A stretch of DNA of 60,928 nt from an uncultured Acidimicrobiaceae bacterium (GCA_964653975.1 CAZZIG010000039.1:1-60928), one strand, 5' to 3'; numbered from the stretch's first letter, positions 34,567-46,234 are shown. Numbers and translations are program-made. The notes: a model not told the origin generated them from the letters alone.

Positions 34567-34643
34567 TGGTCGGGACGGTCGGATTTGAACCGACGACCTC
34601 AGCGTCCCGAACGCTGCGCGCTACCAAACTGCGCTACGTCCCG
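34567..34643 (-). tRNA. tRNA-Pro (anticodon CGG)
   Basis: CGGGACGTAGCGCAGTTTGGTAGCGCGCAGCGTTCGGGACGCTGAGGTCGTCGGTTCAAATCCGACCGTCCCGACCA: full cloverleaf, anticodon loop TTCGGGA, encoded CCA. Confidence 0.97.
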
Positions 34644-34919
34644 ATGAGTGCGATTGTATCGGTGCATCGCGGGCACGCCAGATCGAAAGGGCTCGAGGGA
34701 GGCCCCGGCAGTGAGAAGTCATCACGACATGACCGCGTCGGAGCCTGCTCGACCGGCGCTGTACGAAGCCTCAGGCCTTGCGACGGCAGATGTTCGCAAC
34801 CATCGGCGCCATGACGGCCTCCACCGGATCGACCACGTCGGACTAGTCACACAAAAGTTTCTGTTTCCGCCCGACGCGATTCGGGATAGTCTGTGATCCG
34901 TTGGGAAAAGAGAGGTTAG

Positions 34920-35231
34920 ATGAGCGCCTACGAGGGAATCCTTCAGATCGAAGGTGACGAGAGCCCACCCGTCGCGGTGACGGTCGATCTCACCGACGGA
35001 AGGCTCACGATGACCATCGGCCACGAAGAAGTGGCCGACTGGGCTCGAGAGGAGATGAGGATCCAGGCGATGCCTGACGGATTCCACATAAGAGCCGAAG
35101 GTGAGGCCATCGTCCTCGACGTCAGCGATGAAGCCAGATTCGCCCTGGAGTTGGGTCTGCGCAACGCCCACCCCGCACTTCGCCAGAAGATGGCTGCCCT
35201 GATGCGGGCCGACGACTCCGAGACCGTTTAG
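34920..35231 (+). CDS. Hypothetical protein (103 aa, beta-rich)
   Basis: RBS GAGAGG; good codon bias; 4-nt convergent overlap with asd. Confidence 0.7.
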   Translation: MSAYEGILQIEGDESPPVAVTVDLTDGRLTMTIGHEEVADWAREEMRIQAMPDGFHIRAEGEAIVLDVSDEARFALELGLRNAHPALRQKMAALMRADDSETV

Positions 35232-36231
35232 ACGAGTAACTCGGCGATCTGGACCGCGTTCAACGCCGCCCCTTTGCGCAGGTTGTCCCCGACCACCCAG
35301 AGGTTGATCCCGCCCGGTGCGGACACCGTCTCCCTCACCCGGCCCACCAAGACATCGTCGACGCCGGCGCTGTCGAGCGGGGTAGGGACCCGATCCTTCC
35401 ACAGATCCAGACCTGGTGCTGCATTCAGGATCGACATGGCCTCGTCGCCTGACATCGGCCGTTCGAACAGGAGCGTCGCCGCCACCCCATGACCGACCAG
35501 GACCGGGACCCGGACGCAGGTCGGCTCCACCGCGAGGTCGGGTAGGTCGAGGATCTTGCGGGACTCGTTGATCAGTTTCATCTCCTCGTCGGTGTAGCCG
35601 CCCTCGACCTCGTTCCCGGCGAACGGAAGCACGTTGAAGGCGATGGGGCGCACATAGAGTTGCGGCTCCGGGTCGGTCCACCCTCCGACCATCAAAGAGT
35701 CGATGTCGCCGCGGAATGCTCGCTCCTGGTCGAGCATCTCGGTCACACCCTGCTGTCCTGAGCCCGACACCGCCTGATAGGAGCTGGCGACGATCGACCG
35801 CAGGCCTGCTGCCTGATGGAGCGGCCCGGCGGCCATCATCAGCGTCATGGTCGTGCAGTTCGGGTTGGCGATGATGCCTGCATGACCGGAAGCCGCCGCG
35901 TCGTTCACCCCTGCCACAACCAAAGGCACGTCCGGCTCCATGCGGAACGCCGAGGAGTTGTCGACCACAACGGCTCCCGCCTCGACGAAACGCGGGGCAT
36001 GTTCCAGGGATCGCCCACCTCCCGCTGAGAACAGCGCGATGTCGATCCCCTCCGGGTCCATCGTCGCCAGGTCCTCGATGGTCACCTCACCGCGGTAGGT
36101 GTCGAGAACCTGGCCGACTGATCGCTCGGAGGCGGCGAGTCGCAACTCGTCGGCGGGGAAATCGCGCTGGGGGAGGATCGTGAGCATGGTGCGACCGACC
36201 GCTCCTGTGGCGCCGACCACGGCAACAGTCG

Positions 36232-36235
<4 letters not shown>
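35228..36235 (-). CDS. asd: Aspartate-semialdehyde dehydrogenase
   Basis: [43 protein letters not shown]. Confidence 0.97.
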
Positions 36236-37212
<977 letters not shown>

Positions 37213-37298
37213 GACTTGTCACAGTTTGGATGGTTCCGGCGCCCATTACGAACACTGTCTGGGGTTTGAGCGGCCCCGGAGCCTAAAGTCGCGGCCCA

Positions 37299-38084
37299 AT
37301 GTCCGACCGACGCCAACGCCAGAAGGAGCAACGCGCGGCAAAGCGCGAGGCGGAGCGCAAGAAAGAGTCACGCCGGGAGTTGGGGAGGCGATTGCTGACC
37401 GCGCTGGTCTTCGGTGTCGTCGTCGTCGGGATCTTCGCCCTGGGCGGCGCCTTCGGAGGCGAGAGCACCGACGTGCCCGGCACCTACGAGGACTACCGGG
37501 CACAGGAAACGGCCTGCGGCGCAGAGCAGCCACCATCGGAACAGGTGATGACCTTCGAAGGACCCGAAGACCAGGGCATCGACCCTTCGGCCCGGGTCAC
37601 CGCCACCATCGCAACCTCTTGTGGCGAGATCGTCTTCGACCTCAACAACGACGGCGCCCCCGAGACGGTCAACTCGTTCGTGTTCCTGGCGAGAGAAGGC
37701 TTCTACGACGGCCAGGTGATCCATCGCATCGCCAGCGACTTCGCCTTCCAGACCGGTGATCCGCGGGCAGACGGCACCGGCGGGCCCGGATACGTGGTCA
37801 CCGATGAGTTCCCCGAAGACGGATTCGTCTACGAGGAGGGCGTGGTGGCGATGCACAGCCGGGGGGCCCGCAGCACCGGCTCGCAGTTCTTCGTGATAGC
37901 CGGAGACGACGGCCGCCACCTCACCAACCAGTTCAACGTATTGGGAAGTGTGACAGCGGGCCAGGACGCGATCGACCGCATCATGGAGGTCCCGACCGCA
38001 ACGGCACCCGGGTCCGTGGAGCAGAGCCGGCCGCTCGAGACGGTGTACATCGAATCGATAACCATCGACGTGTCCGATTCCTGA
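37299..38084 (+). CDS. Membrane-anchored cyclophilin-type peptidyl-prolyl isomerase
   Basis: Basic N-terminus plus TM helix; APETVNSFVFLAREGFYDG, QTGDP...GGPGY, GSQFF. Confidence 0.9.
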   Translation: MSDRRQRQKEQRAAKREAERKKESRRELGRRLLTALVFGVVVVGIFALGGAFGGESTDVPGTYEDYRAQETACGAEQPPSEQVMTFEGPEDQGIDPSARVTATIATSCGEIVFDLNNDGAPETVNSFVFLAREGFYDGQVIHRIASDFAFQTGDPRADGTGGPGYVVTDEFPEDGFVYEEGVVAMHSRGARSTGSQFFVIAGDDGRHLTNQFNVLGSVTAGQDAIDRIMEVPTATAPGSVEQSRPLETVYIESITIDVSDS

Positions 38085-38114
38085 CGGTCGGTTCGGGCAT
38101 CATCGGAGTGACTG

Positions 38115-38960
38115 ATGGCCGTAGACCTCCATGTTCACTCCACCGCCTCCGACGGTTCCGACGCCCCAGGGCAGCTGGTCGAGTTGGCCTCCCACGCCGG
38201 TCTCAGTGCCCTCGCCTTGACCGACCACGACACACAGGAGGGAGTCGCCGCGGCTCAGGAGTCGGCCCGGTCCGCCGGGCTCGAGCTCGTTCCCGGAGTC
38301 GAGCTCTCTCTCGATTACGACCGAGGCGGTCTTCATCTCAACGTCCTCTGGCTCGATCCGGGACCTGGCCCCCTCCAGGGTCGGCTCGACGAGCTACGTC
38401 GCGGACGTGACGCAAGGAACCTCGAGATCGTCGACACCCTCACCAACATCGGGCTGCCGGTCACCATCGAGGAGGTCCTCGCAGAGTCGGGCGGAGGCAG
38501 CGTCGGCCGGCCCCACATCGCTGCGGTCATGATGGCGAGGGGATACGTACCCGACATCCGCACCGCATTCGACCTCTGGCTGGGGAAGGGGAGACCCGGA
38601 TATGTGGGGCGGCCCCGACTCGATCCCGAGGAGGCGATCGGTCTGGCGCGAGAATCTGGTGCCGTGCCGGTCCTCGCCCACCCCCACACTCTCGGGATCA
38701 CCACGGCCACGGAGATGGCCTCCTTGTTGACGAGGCTGAAACGCGCCGGGCTCGTCGGCCTCGAGGCCTTGTACGGTGCCTATCGCCGTCACGAACGCGA
38801 CGGCTACAGCCATCTCGCCCGGCGGTTCGAGCTGGTTCCCTCGGGCGGCAGTGACTACCACGGCACCTACAAACCGGGTTTGATGCTCGGCTCCGGTTAT
38901 GGAGACCTGGTAGTCCCCGAGTCGCTCCTCGAAGAGCTGCGCGAGCACGTGGGCCGATGA
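38115..38960 (+). CDS. PHP-domain phosphoesterase (YciV/TrpH-like)
   Basis: DLHVHSTASDG, LTDHDT, GRPHIA, AHP, GGSDYHG. Confidence 0.92.
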   Translation: MAVDLHVHSTASDGSDAPGQLVELASHAGLSALALTDHDTQEGVAAAQESARSAGLELVPGVELSLDYDRGGLHLNVLWLDPGPGPLQGRLDELRRGRDARNLEIVDTLTNIGLPVTIEEVLAESGGGSVGRPHIAAVMMARGYVPDIRTAFDLWLGKGRPGYVGRPRLDPEEAIGLARESGAVPVLAHPHTLGITTATEMASLLTRLKRAGLVGLEALYGAYRRHERDGYSHLARRFELVPSGGSDYHGTYKPGLMLGSGYGDLVVPESLLEELREHVGR

Positions 38961-40483
38961 GACCGATCAGGATGGGCATGGCCGCTGCTGTCATCGCGGC
39001 CAGCGTCCTGCTCTCGCGGATCCTGGGTCTGGTCCGGGACGCCCTGATCGCCGCTCTCATCGGGGTCAACCCGGAATCCGATCTCTACTTCGACGCCTTC
39101 CTCATCCCCGATCTCCTCAACTACCTGCTGGCAGGCGCATATCTGACCATCACCCTGGTTCCGATCCTCGCCCGTCATCTCGAGGCCGGGGACCATGAAG
39201 GAGCCAGTCGCGCCTTCACGTCGGTGTTCCGATTCATGACCCTGGCCATCCTCATCTTCACCGCGGCCATGTGGCTGGCGGCGGACCCCTTGGTGGAACT
39301 GCTCTTCCCCAGAGTCGTCGAGTCCGGACGACTGGTCGCGATGACCCGTCTCGTCCTACCCGCCCAGGTCTTCCTGGTTCTCGGGGCCCTCCTCATGGCG
39401 GTGCAATACACCCACAAGCGGTTTGTGATCCCCGCCGCTGCCCCACTGGTCTACAACCTGGGGATCATCGCCGGGGGGGTGGTCGGGGCGACGCTGGGCG
39501 AACCGTCCCCGGAGGCGTTCCTCATCGGAGCCGTCGTGGGCGCCGCCATCGGGAACTTCGGGCTGCAATGGATAGGCGCACGACGCACCGGGACCTGGTT
39601 CGTGCCCCTTGCCAAGGGGCAGTCCTCGGTTCGGGAGTATCTGGTGCTGGCCATCCCGTTGATGATCGGACAGTCCGTGGCAGTGCTCGACGAGCAGTTC
39701 GTCCGTCTCTTCGGCCAGGTGGACGTGGGCGCCACCGCGGCGCTCTCCTTCGCCCGTCGCATCGCCATGGTTCCCATCGGGGTCATCGCCCAAGCGGCCG
39801 GGGTCGCCGCATTCCCATTCCTGGCCAGCCTCTACGCCCGCGGCGCCGACGACGAGCTCGTGGAGACCACCGGCCGGGCGGCGCGGAAGACTATTTTCGT
39901 CGCTGCGGTCGCCACCGCCGGGCTGGTGGTCCTGGCGCGGCCCCTGGTCCGTCTCATCTTCCAATACGGGAGGTTCGGAGCCGACGACACCGACTTGGTC
40001 ACGTCACTTCTGGTCCTCATGGCGTTCTCGATCCCGGCGTGGGCGATGCACCAACTGCTGGCGAGACACTTCTACGCCAAGAAGAAGATGTGGACTCCGG
40101 TCGTGGTCGGGACGGTCTTCTCCGTGATCGCCGTGCCGACCTGGTTGGGGCTATACGAGGTCATGGGGGTCGAGGGTTTCGCCCTGGCATCGACACTGGT
40201 CATGGTGGGCTACGCCCTCGGTCTCTTGGTGGCATGGGGCTACGACTCGGGGTGGGACCCGGTGCGGCGGCTGGCTCCTGCGTTCGTGAGGGCGATGGTC
40301 TCGGCGGCGGTTGCCGCCGGTCTCGGTCTCATGGTGGCCAACGCGATGCTGGAGACCGCGGAGCTCACCATCCCGTGGGGGTTGGCGGTCGCCGGGGTCG
40401 GTGGAGTCACCACACTGGGCGCTTTCGTGGCCACCGCGTGGATGCTGCGATCACCCGAGATGGCAGAGATCCTGCGACGGTGA
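38957..40483 (+). CDS. murJ: Lipid II flippase MurJ/MviN
   Basis: SRILGLVRD, AFLIPDLL, P..YNLGII, about 14 TM helices. Confidence 0.9.
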   Translation: MRPIRMGMAAAVIAASVLLSRILGLVRDALIAALIGVNPESDLYFDAFLIPDLLNYLLAGAYLTITLVPILARHLEAGDHEGASRAFTSVFRFMTLAILIFTAAMWLAADPLVELLFPRVVESGRLVAMTRLVLPAQVFLVLGALLMAVQYTHKRFVIPAAAPLVYNLGIIAGGVVGATLGEPSPEAFLIGAVVGAAIGNFGLQWIGARRTGTWFVPLAKGQSSVREYLVLAIPLMIGQSVAVLDEQFVRLFGQVDVGATAALSFARRIAMVPIGVIAQAAGVAAFPFLASLYARGADDELVETTGRAARKTIFVAAVATAGLVVLARPLVRLIFQYGRFGADDTDLVTSLLVLMAFSIPAWAMHQLLARHFYAKKKMWTPVVVGTVFSVIAVPTWLGLYEVMGVEGFALASTLVMVGYALGLLVAWGYDSGWDPVRRLAPAFVRAMVSAAVAAGLGLMVANAMLETAELTIPWGLAVAGVGGVTTLGAFVATAWMLRSPEMAEILRR

Positions 40484-40491
40484 GACGCTGA

Positions 40492-40692
40492 TCAGTCGGG
40501 GGTGACGCTCTCCCAGGGGTTGTTGGCTTCCTCGGGCAAGATGGCCCGGATCCAAGCCGGTAGCCCGGGCTGGTTGGCTCCAGTCCCGCGCCGCGCCGCC
40601 TCCTCGTCGGCCGCGATGCGATCGAGGACCACCGCGATCACCGCTGCCTCGAACTCGCCTGCCCCGCCCTTGATCTCTGCGTCGATCATCAT
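40492..40692 (-). CDS. Small protein resembling acyl-CoA carboxylase epsilon subunit
   Basis: IKGGAGEFEAAVIAVVL...LPAW.RA pattern; ATGA overlap with mce. Confidence 0.5.
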   Translation of the reverse strand: MMIDAEIKGGAGEFEAAVIAVVLDRIAADEEAARRGTGANQPGLPAWIRAILPEEANNPWESVTPD

Positions 40693-41096
40693 TGACTCAA
40701 CTCCACCAACTCGATGAGGGTACCCGAGAGGTCGGCGGGATGGACGAAGGCGATGCGAGCGCCCCGACCTCCGATCCGTGGCTCGGTGTCGACGAGAGTG
40801 GCCCCGGTATCGACCAAGTGGGACAGAGCCGCCTCGATCGAGACGACGGCATATGCGACGTGATGCAGACCCTCACCATGCTTGGACAAGAATCGACCCA
40901 CCGGGGTTTCAGGTCGCAAAGGCTCGAGCAGCTGGATGAACGACCCTCCCACCGGGATCATCGCCTCCTCGACCCCCTGGCTCTCCACCTTCTCCCGGTA
41001 GACGGGCTCGACCCGATATCGGCTCCGATATCCCTCGACGGCCTCGTCGAGGTCATGGACCGCGATCGCCACGTGGTCGAGATTGATCAGCTTCAC
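40689..41096 (-). CDS. mce: Methylmalonyl-CoA epimerase (VOC fold)
   Basis: GTG start at 41096; LDHVAIAV, QGVEEA, IQLLEP, GEGLHHVAY, GTLIELVE. Confidence 0.9.
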   Translation of the reverse strand: MKLINLDHVAIAVHDLDEAVEGYRSRYRVEPVYREKVESQGVEEAMIPVGGSFIQLLEPLRPETPVGRFLSKHGEGLHHVAYAVVSIEAALSHLVDTGATLVDTEPRIGGRGARIAFVHPADLSGTLIELVELSQ

Positions 41097-41169
41097 CGTG
41101 GCGAGGGTAACCGCGGTGGGGAAGGGCCGGCCCGGCGGTTCTCCCCTCGGGACCGGTAGGATCGGGGTG

Positions 41170-42354
41170 GTGAGCAACTCAGTGATCACCGGTATCGCCC
41201 GCACCCCGATCGGCCGGTACGGCGGAGCCCTCAACCCGCTGCGCGCCGTGGACCTCGGCGGTGCCGCCATCGCCGCCGCCGTAGAACGATCGAACACCGA
41301 CCCCGAGCTGTTCGACGAGGTCATGTTTGGTCACGTGCTCCAAGCCGGTGAGGGCCAGATAACGGCGCGTCAAGCAGCGGTCCGTGGCGGTCTCCCGATG
41401 ACGGTTCCGTCGGTGACGGTGAACAAGGTGTGCCTCTCGGGCATGTCCGCCATCGGTCTCGCCGACCGTGCGGTGCGACTGGGAGAGTCGAAGTTCGTCA
41501 TGACCGGCGGCATGGAGTCGATGTCCAACGCCCCTCACGTCGTCCGGGAGCTGCGATGGGGGGCCCGGATGGGTGACGTCGCGATGGTCGACGTGATGCA
41601 ACACGACGGTCTCTTCTGCGCGTTCGACCAGTGCACGATGGGCGAGTCCTCCGATCAGAAGAACGAACGTCTCGGCATCGGCCGCGAGGAGCAGGACGAG
41701 TGGGCGGCACGGAGCCACCAACTGGCCGAGACGGCGACGACGAACGGACAGTTCTCTGCCGAGATCACAGCTGTGTCAGTCCCACGACGGAAAGAAGACC
41801 CGCTCGAGGTGGCGACTGACGAAGGTATCCGCCACGGCGCCACCGCCGAGCCGATGGCGGACCTGAGACCCGCGTTCTCGGCGAAGGGGACGATCACCGC
41901 CGGAAACGCATCCCAGATCTCCGATGGGGCGGCCGCCGTCGTGGTTGCCGACCGCGAGTCGGCCGAGGCCATAGGCTCGCCGATCCTCGCCGAAATCCTC
42001 GCCTATGGCCAGGTGGGCGGGGTCGACGCCACCCTCCACGAGCGTCCCGCCGAAGCTTTGCTCATCGCGTTGAAGAGAGCAGGTCTCGAACCGTCCGACC
42101 TGGATTTGGTGGAGATCAACGAGGCGTTCGCCGCGGTGGCACTGTGGTCGGCGCGGATGCTCGACATCCCCGAGTCCAAGGTCAACGTCAACGGTGGGGC
42201 CGTTGCCCTCGGCCACCCTCTCGGCGCCACCGGGGCCAGGCTCGTGGTCACTCTCGTCAACGCCCTCCGCCAACGCGGCGGCGGCATCGGCGCCGCCACC
42301 CTCTGCGGCGGTGGCGGGCAGGGTGACGCCCTAGTGGTGAGGGTGGGGGCCTAA
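41170..42354 (+). CDS. Acetyl-CoA C-acyltransferase (thiolase)
   Basis: [43 protein letters not shown]. Start approximate. Confidence 0.95.
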   Translation: MSNSVITGIARTPIGRYGGALNPLRAVDLGGAAIAAAVERSNTDPELFDEVMFGHVLQAGEGQITARQAAVRGGLPMTVPSVTVNKVCLSGMSAIGLADRAVRLGESKFVMTGGMESMSNAPHVVRELRWGARMGDVAMVDVMQHDGLFCAFDQCTMGESSDQKNERLGIGREEQDEWAARSHQLAETATTNGQFSAEITAVSVPRRKEDPLEVATDEGIRHGATAEPMADLRPAFSAKGTITAGNASQISDGAAAVVVADRESAEAIGSPILAEILAYGQVGGVDATLHERPAEALLIALKRAGLEPSDLDLVEINEAFAAVALWSARMLDIPESKVNVNGGAVALGHPLGATGARLVVTLVNALRQRGGGIGAATLCGGGGQGDALVVRVGA

Positions 42355-43349
42355 TGGCTGCCGAGCCCGTCGAACGAAACCTGGGGCTCGACCTGGTCAG
42401 GGTCACCGAGACCGCGGCGCTCGGGGCGGCCCGATGGCTGGGCCGGGGCGACAAGGAGGAGGTCGACCGGGCCGCGGTCAAAGGCATGCGTCTCCATCTC
42501 AACACCATCGACATCGACGGCGAGGTGGTCATCGGAGAGGGCGAGAAGGATGGGGCGCCGATGCTCCACAACGGAGAGCGGGTCGGCAACGGGACCGGGA
42601 TCGTGGTCGATGTCGCAGTGGATCCGGTGGACGGGACCACTCTGACCGCCTCCGGGCTCCCCAATGCCATCGCAGTCATCGCCCTCTCCGAGGGCAGGGG
42701 ATCCATGTACGCCCCGGGGTCGCTGGTGTACATGGACAAGATCGCGGTGGGTCCCGAGGCCGCCGGATCGATAGACCTCGAAGCGCCCGTGGCCCACAAC
42801 CTGAAAGAGGTGGCCAGGGCCAACGGCAAGGAGATGAACGACCTGAGGGTCCTCATCCTCGACCGCCCTCGCAACCAGAAGTACGTCGATGCGGCCCGCG
42901 AAGCCGGAGCGCGTATCTCGTTGTTCCGCGACGGTGACGTGGCCGGGGCAATCGCCACCTCCCAAGACGACCACGAGGCCGACATCCTCCTCGGCATCGG
43001 TGGATCACCCGAGGCAGTCATCGCCGCCTGTGCCCTCAAGTGTGTCGGCGGCGAGATGCAGTGCCGTCTCTGGCCACGGGACGAGTCCGAGAAGCAGTTC
43101 GCCAGAGACCAGGGACTCGATCTCGATCAGGTCCTCACCATCGACGACCTCGTGTCCTCCGACAACGTCTTCTTCGCCGCCACCGGCGTCACCAACGGTG
43201 AGTACCTCAGAGGAGTCAACTTCAAAGGCGACGAGCGCGCCGTCACCCACTCGGTGATCATGCGTTCCAAGACCGGGTCGATCCGCTACATGACCGCGAT
43301 GCACAACCTGGCGAGGCTTCGCTCCATCGCCAGGGTCACCGTCGATTAG
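42354..43349 (+). CDS. glpX: Fructose-1,6-bisphosphatase class II
   Basis: VRVTETAA, VVIGEGEKD, DPVDGT, LDRPR, DGDV, FFAATGVT. Confidence 0.96.
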   Translation: MAAEPVERNLGLDLVRVTETAALGAARWLGRGDKEEVDRAAVKGMRLHLNTIDIDGEVVIGEGEKDGAPMLHNGERVGNGTGIVVDVAVDPVDGTTLTASGLPNAIAVIALSEGRGSMYAPGSLVYMDKIAVGPEAAGSIDLEAPVAHNLKEVARANGKEMNDLRVLILDRPRNQKYVDAAREAGARISLFRDGDVAGAIATSQDDHEADILLGIGGSPEAVIAACALKCVGGEMQCRLWPRDESEKQFARDQGLDLDQVLTIDDLVSSDNVFFAATGVTNGEYLRGVNFKGDERAVTHSVIMRSKTGSIRYMTAMHNLARLRSIARVTVD

Positions 43350-43992
43350 CTTCGAACGCGATCTCGACCGCCTCGAGGATCGTCTCCGCGACCGGGACTC
43401 TCTCGGCCTCCAGCACCTCCATGTGATGGCTGCCGCCGTGGAAGAGGATCGGGCGAGCACCGACGTGTCTCGCCGCGGCGACGTCGTCTGGTGTGTCGCC
43501 TACCACGACGGCATCCGGGCCGGGGACCTCGAGAAGTCCCAGGTGGTCCTCGAGATGAGCAGCCTTTCGCCCTCCGGTGGGCCCGGAGAGCCCATCGACG
43601 ATCTCGAAGCGGTCGGACAGCCCGAGACGCTCGACGATTCCCTCCAGCCAGTCCTGGGGTGACATCGACAGCAGCGATTGGCTCCAACCCGACTCTTCGA
43701 GCAAACCGATCGCTTCGAGGGCTCCTGAGGCGAGACCGACGTCTGTCGCCAGTTCGAAATAGGCGTCGTGGAAGGTCGTGTTCAGCCGGAGCCACTCCTC
43801 GTCATCGATGACACGACCGAAGAGCCCGTCGTAGAAGTGGCGGACCGGGCGTGTGTAGTGGTCTCGATAGCCGTCGGCGTCGATCGGGCCGAAGCCGAAC
43901 AGGGTGATGGAGCGGTTCACCGCCTCGATGACGATGGGCAGGTCGTCGAGCAGTGTGCCGTTCCAGTCCCAGACGAGATGTGAGCGACCCAT
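43336..43992 (-). CDS. HAD family hydrolase
   Basis: WDWNGTLLDD, LLS, VVVGDTPDD. Confidence 0.9.
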   Translation of the reverse strand: MGRSHLVWDWNGTLLDDLPIVIEAVNRSITLFGFGPIDADGYRDHYTRPVRHFYDGLFGRVIDDEEWLRLNTTFHDAYFELATDVGLASGALEAIGLLEESGWSQSLLSMSPQDWLEGIVERLGLSDRFEIVDGLSGPTGGRKAAHLEDHLGLLEVPGPDAVVVGDTPDDVAAARHVGARPILFHGGSHHMEVLEAERVPVAETILEAVEIAFEANRR

Positions 43993-44048
43993 GAGTTGCG
44001 GGAGGTTAAAGGCCCCGGTGTCCTTGTCTGCCGGTAGCCCTCACCGCT

Positions 44049-45194
44049 TCACCCGAGACTGGCGGCGATGAAGTCGAGGTACGACGTCTCCGCCACCGCG
44101 AACCACGGTCGGATCGTGTCCCGGAACGACGACCAGTGCTCGTACACCGAGGCGAAATCGGTGCTGTCGGAGGCGTACGTCGCCACGATGTCACCGGTCG
44201 CTTGCATCGCCGCCTCCAACACGTCTTCGGGATAGGGCAGGACCTGGACCTCGGAGTTGTTGAGGAGCTGTTGGAAGGCCCTCGCGTTCAGGACGTCGTA
44301 ACTCGCCAACATCGTGGAGTTGACCTCGTGGGCGGCGGTCTTGATCACCTCCTGGTATACGTCGGGCAACGCGTCCCACTTAGATAGGGGGATCTGGATC
44401 TCGAGGGACGGGCCCGGCGCCCACCAGCCCGGGTAGTAGTAGAGCTCGGCGACCAGGTGGAGACCGAGGGCGGTGTCGTCGTGGGGGCCGACCCACTCGG
44501 CGGCTTCTATGGTGCCCGCCTCGAGAGCCGAGACGATCTCGTCGCCGGGGATCGACCGCACACTGGCACCGAGCGCCGCCATCACCTGGCCACCCAGACC
44601 GGAGATCCGCATGACCAGGCCTTCGAGGTCTGTCAGCGACGACACCTCCCGTTTGAACCACCCGCCCATCTGGGCTCCGGTGTTTCCGGCTGGGAATTGG
44701 ATGGCCCTGAAGCGATCGGCGTAGAACTCCTGCATCAGCTCGAGCCCTCCACCTTCGTAGAGCCAGGCGTTCTGCTGTCGAGCGTTGAGACCAAAGGGCA
44801 TGGAGGTCCCGAACGCTGTCGTGGGATCCAGGTTCACGTAGTAGTGAGAGGCGGTGTGTCCGGCGTCGATGGAGCCGTCCTCCACGTGTTGGAGGATCTC
44901 CCTGGCGCCGACGACCTCACCCGCCGGCCTGGCGGTGATCATGAACCTGCCACCGGTCATCGCCGAGACCCGATCGGCGAATCTGGTGGCGCCCGAGTAG
45001 ATCGTGTCCGATGAGGACCAACTCGTCGCCAGTTCCCAATCGGTCTCCGGAAGTGGCTGCTCCGACACCGCCTGATCGAGTTCGGGGTCCCCGGATGAAC
45101 AGGCCGCCATGGCTGCCGCACCGAGAGCACCCATCGACGCCAGCTTGAGAAAGCGCCTTCGCTCCATCATGCCGGCGTGCTGCTCGTTGTTCAT
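44049..45194 (-). CDS. TRAP transporter substrate-binding lipoprotein (DctP family, Tat)
   Basis: RRRFL Tat motif plus lipobox AMAAC; GNTGAQMGGWF, MRISGLGG, EWVGP.DD, YYPGWW. Confidence 0.9.
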   Translation of the reverse strand: MNNEQHAGMMERRRFLKLASMGALGAAAMAACSSGDPELDQAVSEQPLPETDWELATSWSSSDTIYSGATRFADRVSAMTGGRFMITARPAGEVVGAREILQHVEDGSIDAGHTASHYYVNLDPTTAFGTSMPFGLNARQQNAWLYEGGGLELMQEFYADRFRAIQFPAGNTGAQMGGWFKREVSSLTDLEGLVMRISGLGGQVMAALGASVRSIPGDEIVSALEAGTIEAAEWVGPHDDTALGLHLVAELYYYPGWWAPGPSLEIQIPLSKWDALPDVYQEVIKTAAHEVNSTMLASYDVLNARAFQQLLNNSEVQVLPYPEDVLEAAMQATGDIVATYASDSTDFASVYEHWSSFRDTIRPWFAVAETSYLDFIAASLG

Positions 45195-45274
45195 GCCGGT
45201 CCCTCCAGGCACGCTGCAACAGTACGCACACCGGGACTTCGCGCGTGACGGATGAAGGGCAGGGACTGCCGCGC

Positions 45275-45868
45275 TCAGAGCTCAGAACGGCCGAGGAGGG
45301 CTCGGCCGAGCGTCAACTCGTCGGCGTAGTCGAGGTCCCCGCCCACCGGGAGACCGGAAGCGAGACGGGTCACCCGCAGACCCAACGGCTTGAACTCCCG
45401 TGCGATGTACATCGCCGTGGCGTCACCCTCGATAGTGGGGTTGGTCGCCACGATCAGCTCCGTTATCCCCTCCGGTTCGAGACGGCGTCGGAGCTCATCG
45501 AATCTGAGCTGGCCGGGCCCGATGCCGTTGATCGGTGACAGCGAGCCTCCCAGGACGTGGTAACGGCCCCGGAACTCCTGGGTGCGCTCCACGACGACGA
45601 TGTCCTGGGGCCTCTCCACCACGCAGACCAACGAGTCGTCCCGGCGGGTGTCGCGACAGATCGCACACAGTTCCCCGGCGGCGACGTTGTAACACCTCTC
45701 ACACTGGGAGACCTGCTCTCGCATGTCCTTTATGGCAGCGGAGAGACGCATCGCGTCGACTTCTTCGACGCTCAGCAGATGGAAGGCGAGACGTTGCGCC
45801 GACTTGCTCCCGATGCCGGGGAGCCGGCCTAGCTCGTCGATGAGACGTTGGACCGGTCCTTCGAACAT
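45275..45868 (-). CDS. recR: Recombination mediator RecR
   Basis: [16 protein letters not shown]4 zinc finger, [25 protein letters not shown]. Confidence 0.97.
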   Translation of the reverse strand: MFEGPVQRLIDELGRLPGIGSKSAQRLAFHLLSVEEVDAMRLSAAIKDMREQVSQCERCYNVAAGELCAICRDTRRDDSLVCVVERPQDIVVVERTQEFRGRYHVLGGSLSPINGIGPGQLRFDELRRRLEPEGITELIVATNPTIEGDATAMYIAREFKPLGLRVTRLASGLPVGGDLDYADELTLGRALLGRSEL

Positions 45869-46182
45869 CAACCGAGCAGACCGCCGAGACCGCCGGTGAG
45901 CCCCCCGAGCTCCTCGTTGGTCGTCTTCACCACCTCCTCCATGGCCTGACGGACCGCGGCGATCACCAGATCCTGGAGCATCTCGATGTCGTCGGGATCG
46001 ACGACCTCGGGCGAGATCTCCAATTCGACGAGTTCGGGTCCACCGGTGACGACGGCTTTGACCATGCCACCGCCGGCCGACCCCTCGAAGCGACGCTCGG
46101 CCAGGTCGGCCTGGGTCTTGGCGAGTTGCTCCTGCATCTGCTGCGCCTGCTTGAGGATCTGATTCATGTCGGGACGATTCAT
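45868..46182 (-). CDS. ybaB: YbaB/EbfC nucleoid-associated protein
   Basis: [29 protein letters not shown]; lies between dnaX and recR. Confidence 0.95.
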   Translation of the reverse strand: MNRPDMNQILKQAQQMQEQLAKTQADLAERRFEGSAGGGMVKAVVTGGPELVELEISPEVVDPDDIEMLQDLVIAAVRQAMEEVVKTTNEELGGLTGGLGGLLG

Positions 46183-46234
46183 GCTGTCCAGGGTACCGGC
46201 ACGGGGCGACACACACGCTTTCGGGCTGATCGGC

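Larger units (their letters stand above)
32710..34611. mobile_element. Integrase-less genomic islet at tRNA-Pro(CGG)
   Basis: Bounded by the tRNA 3'-half direct repeat, with tandem ATGTTCGAT(A/G)A repeats inside both ends. Cargo is an ECF sigma factor and a membrane partner; no recombinase ORF is present. Confidence 0.8.

Noticed and set aside
34650-34900. Short minus-strand ORF (MAPMVANICRRKA) upstream of tRNA-Pro, tmRNA-tag-like
   Set aside because: No tRNA-like domain or canonical tag ending; unsupported.
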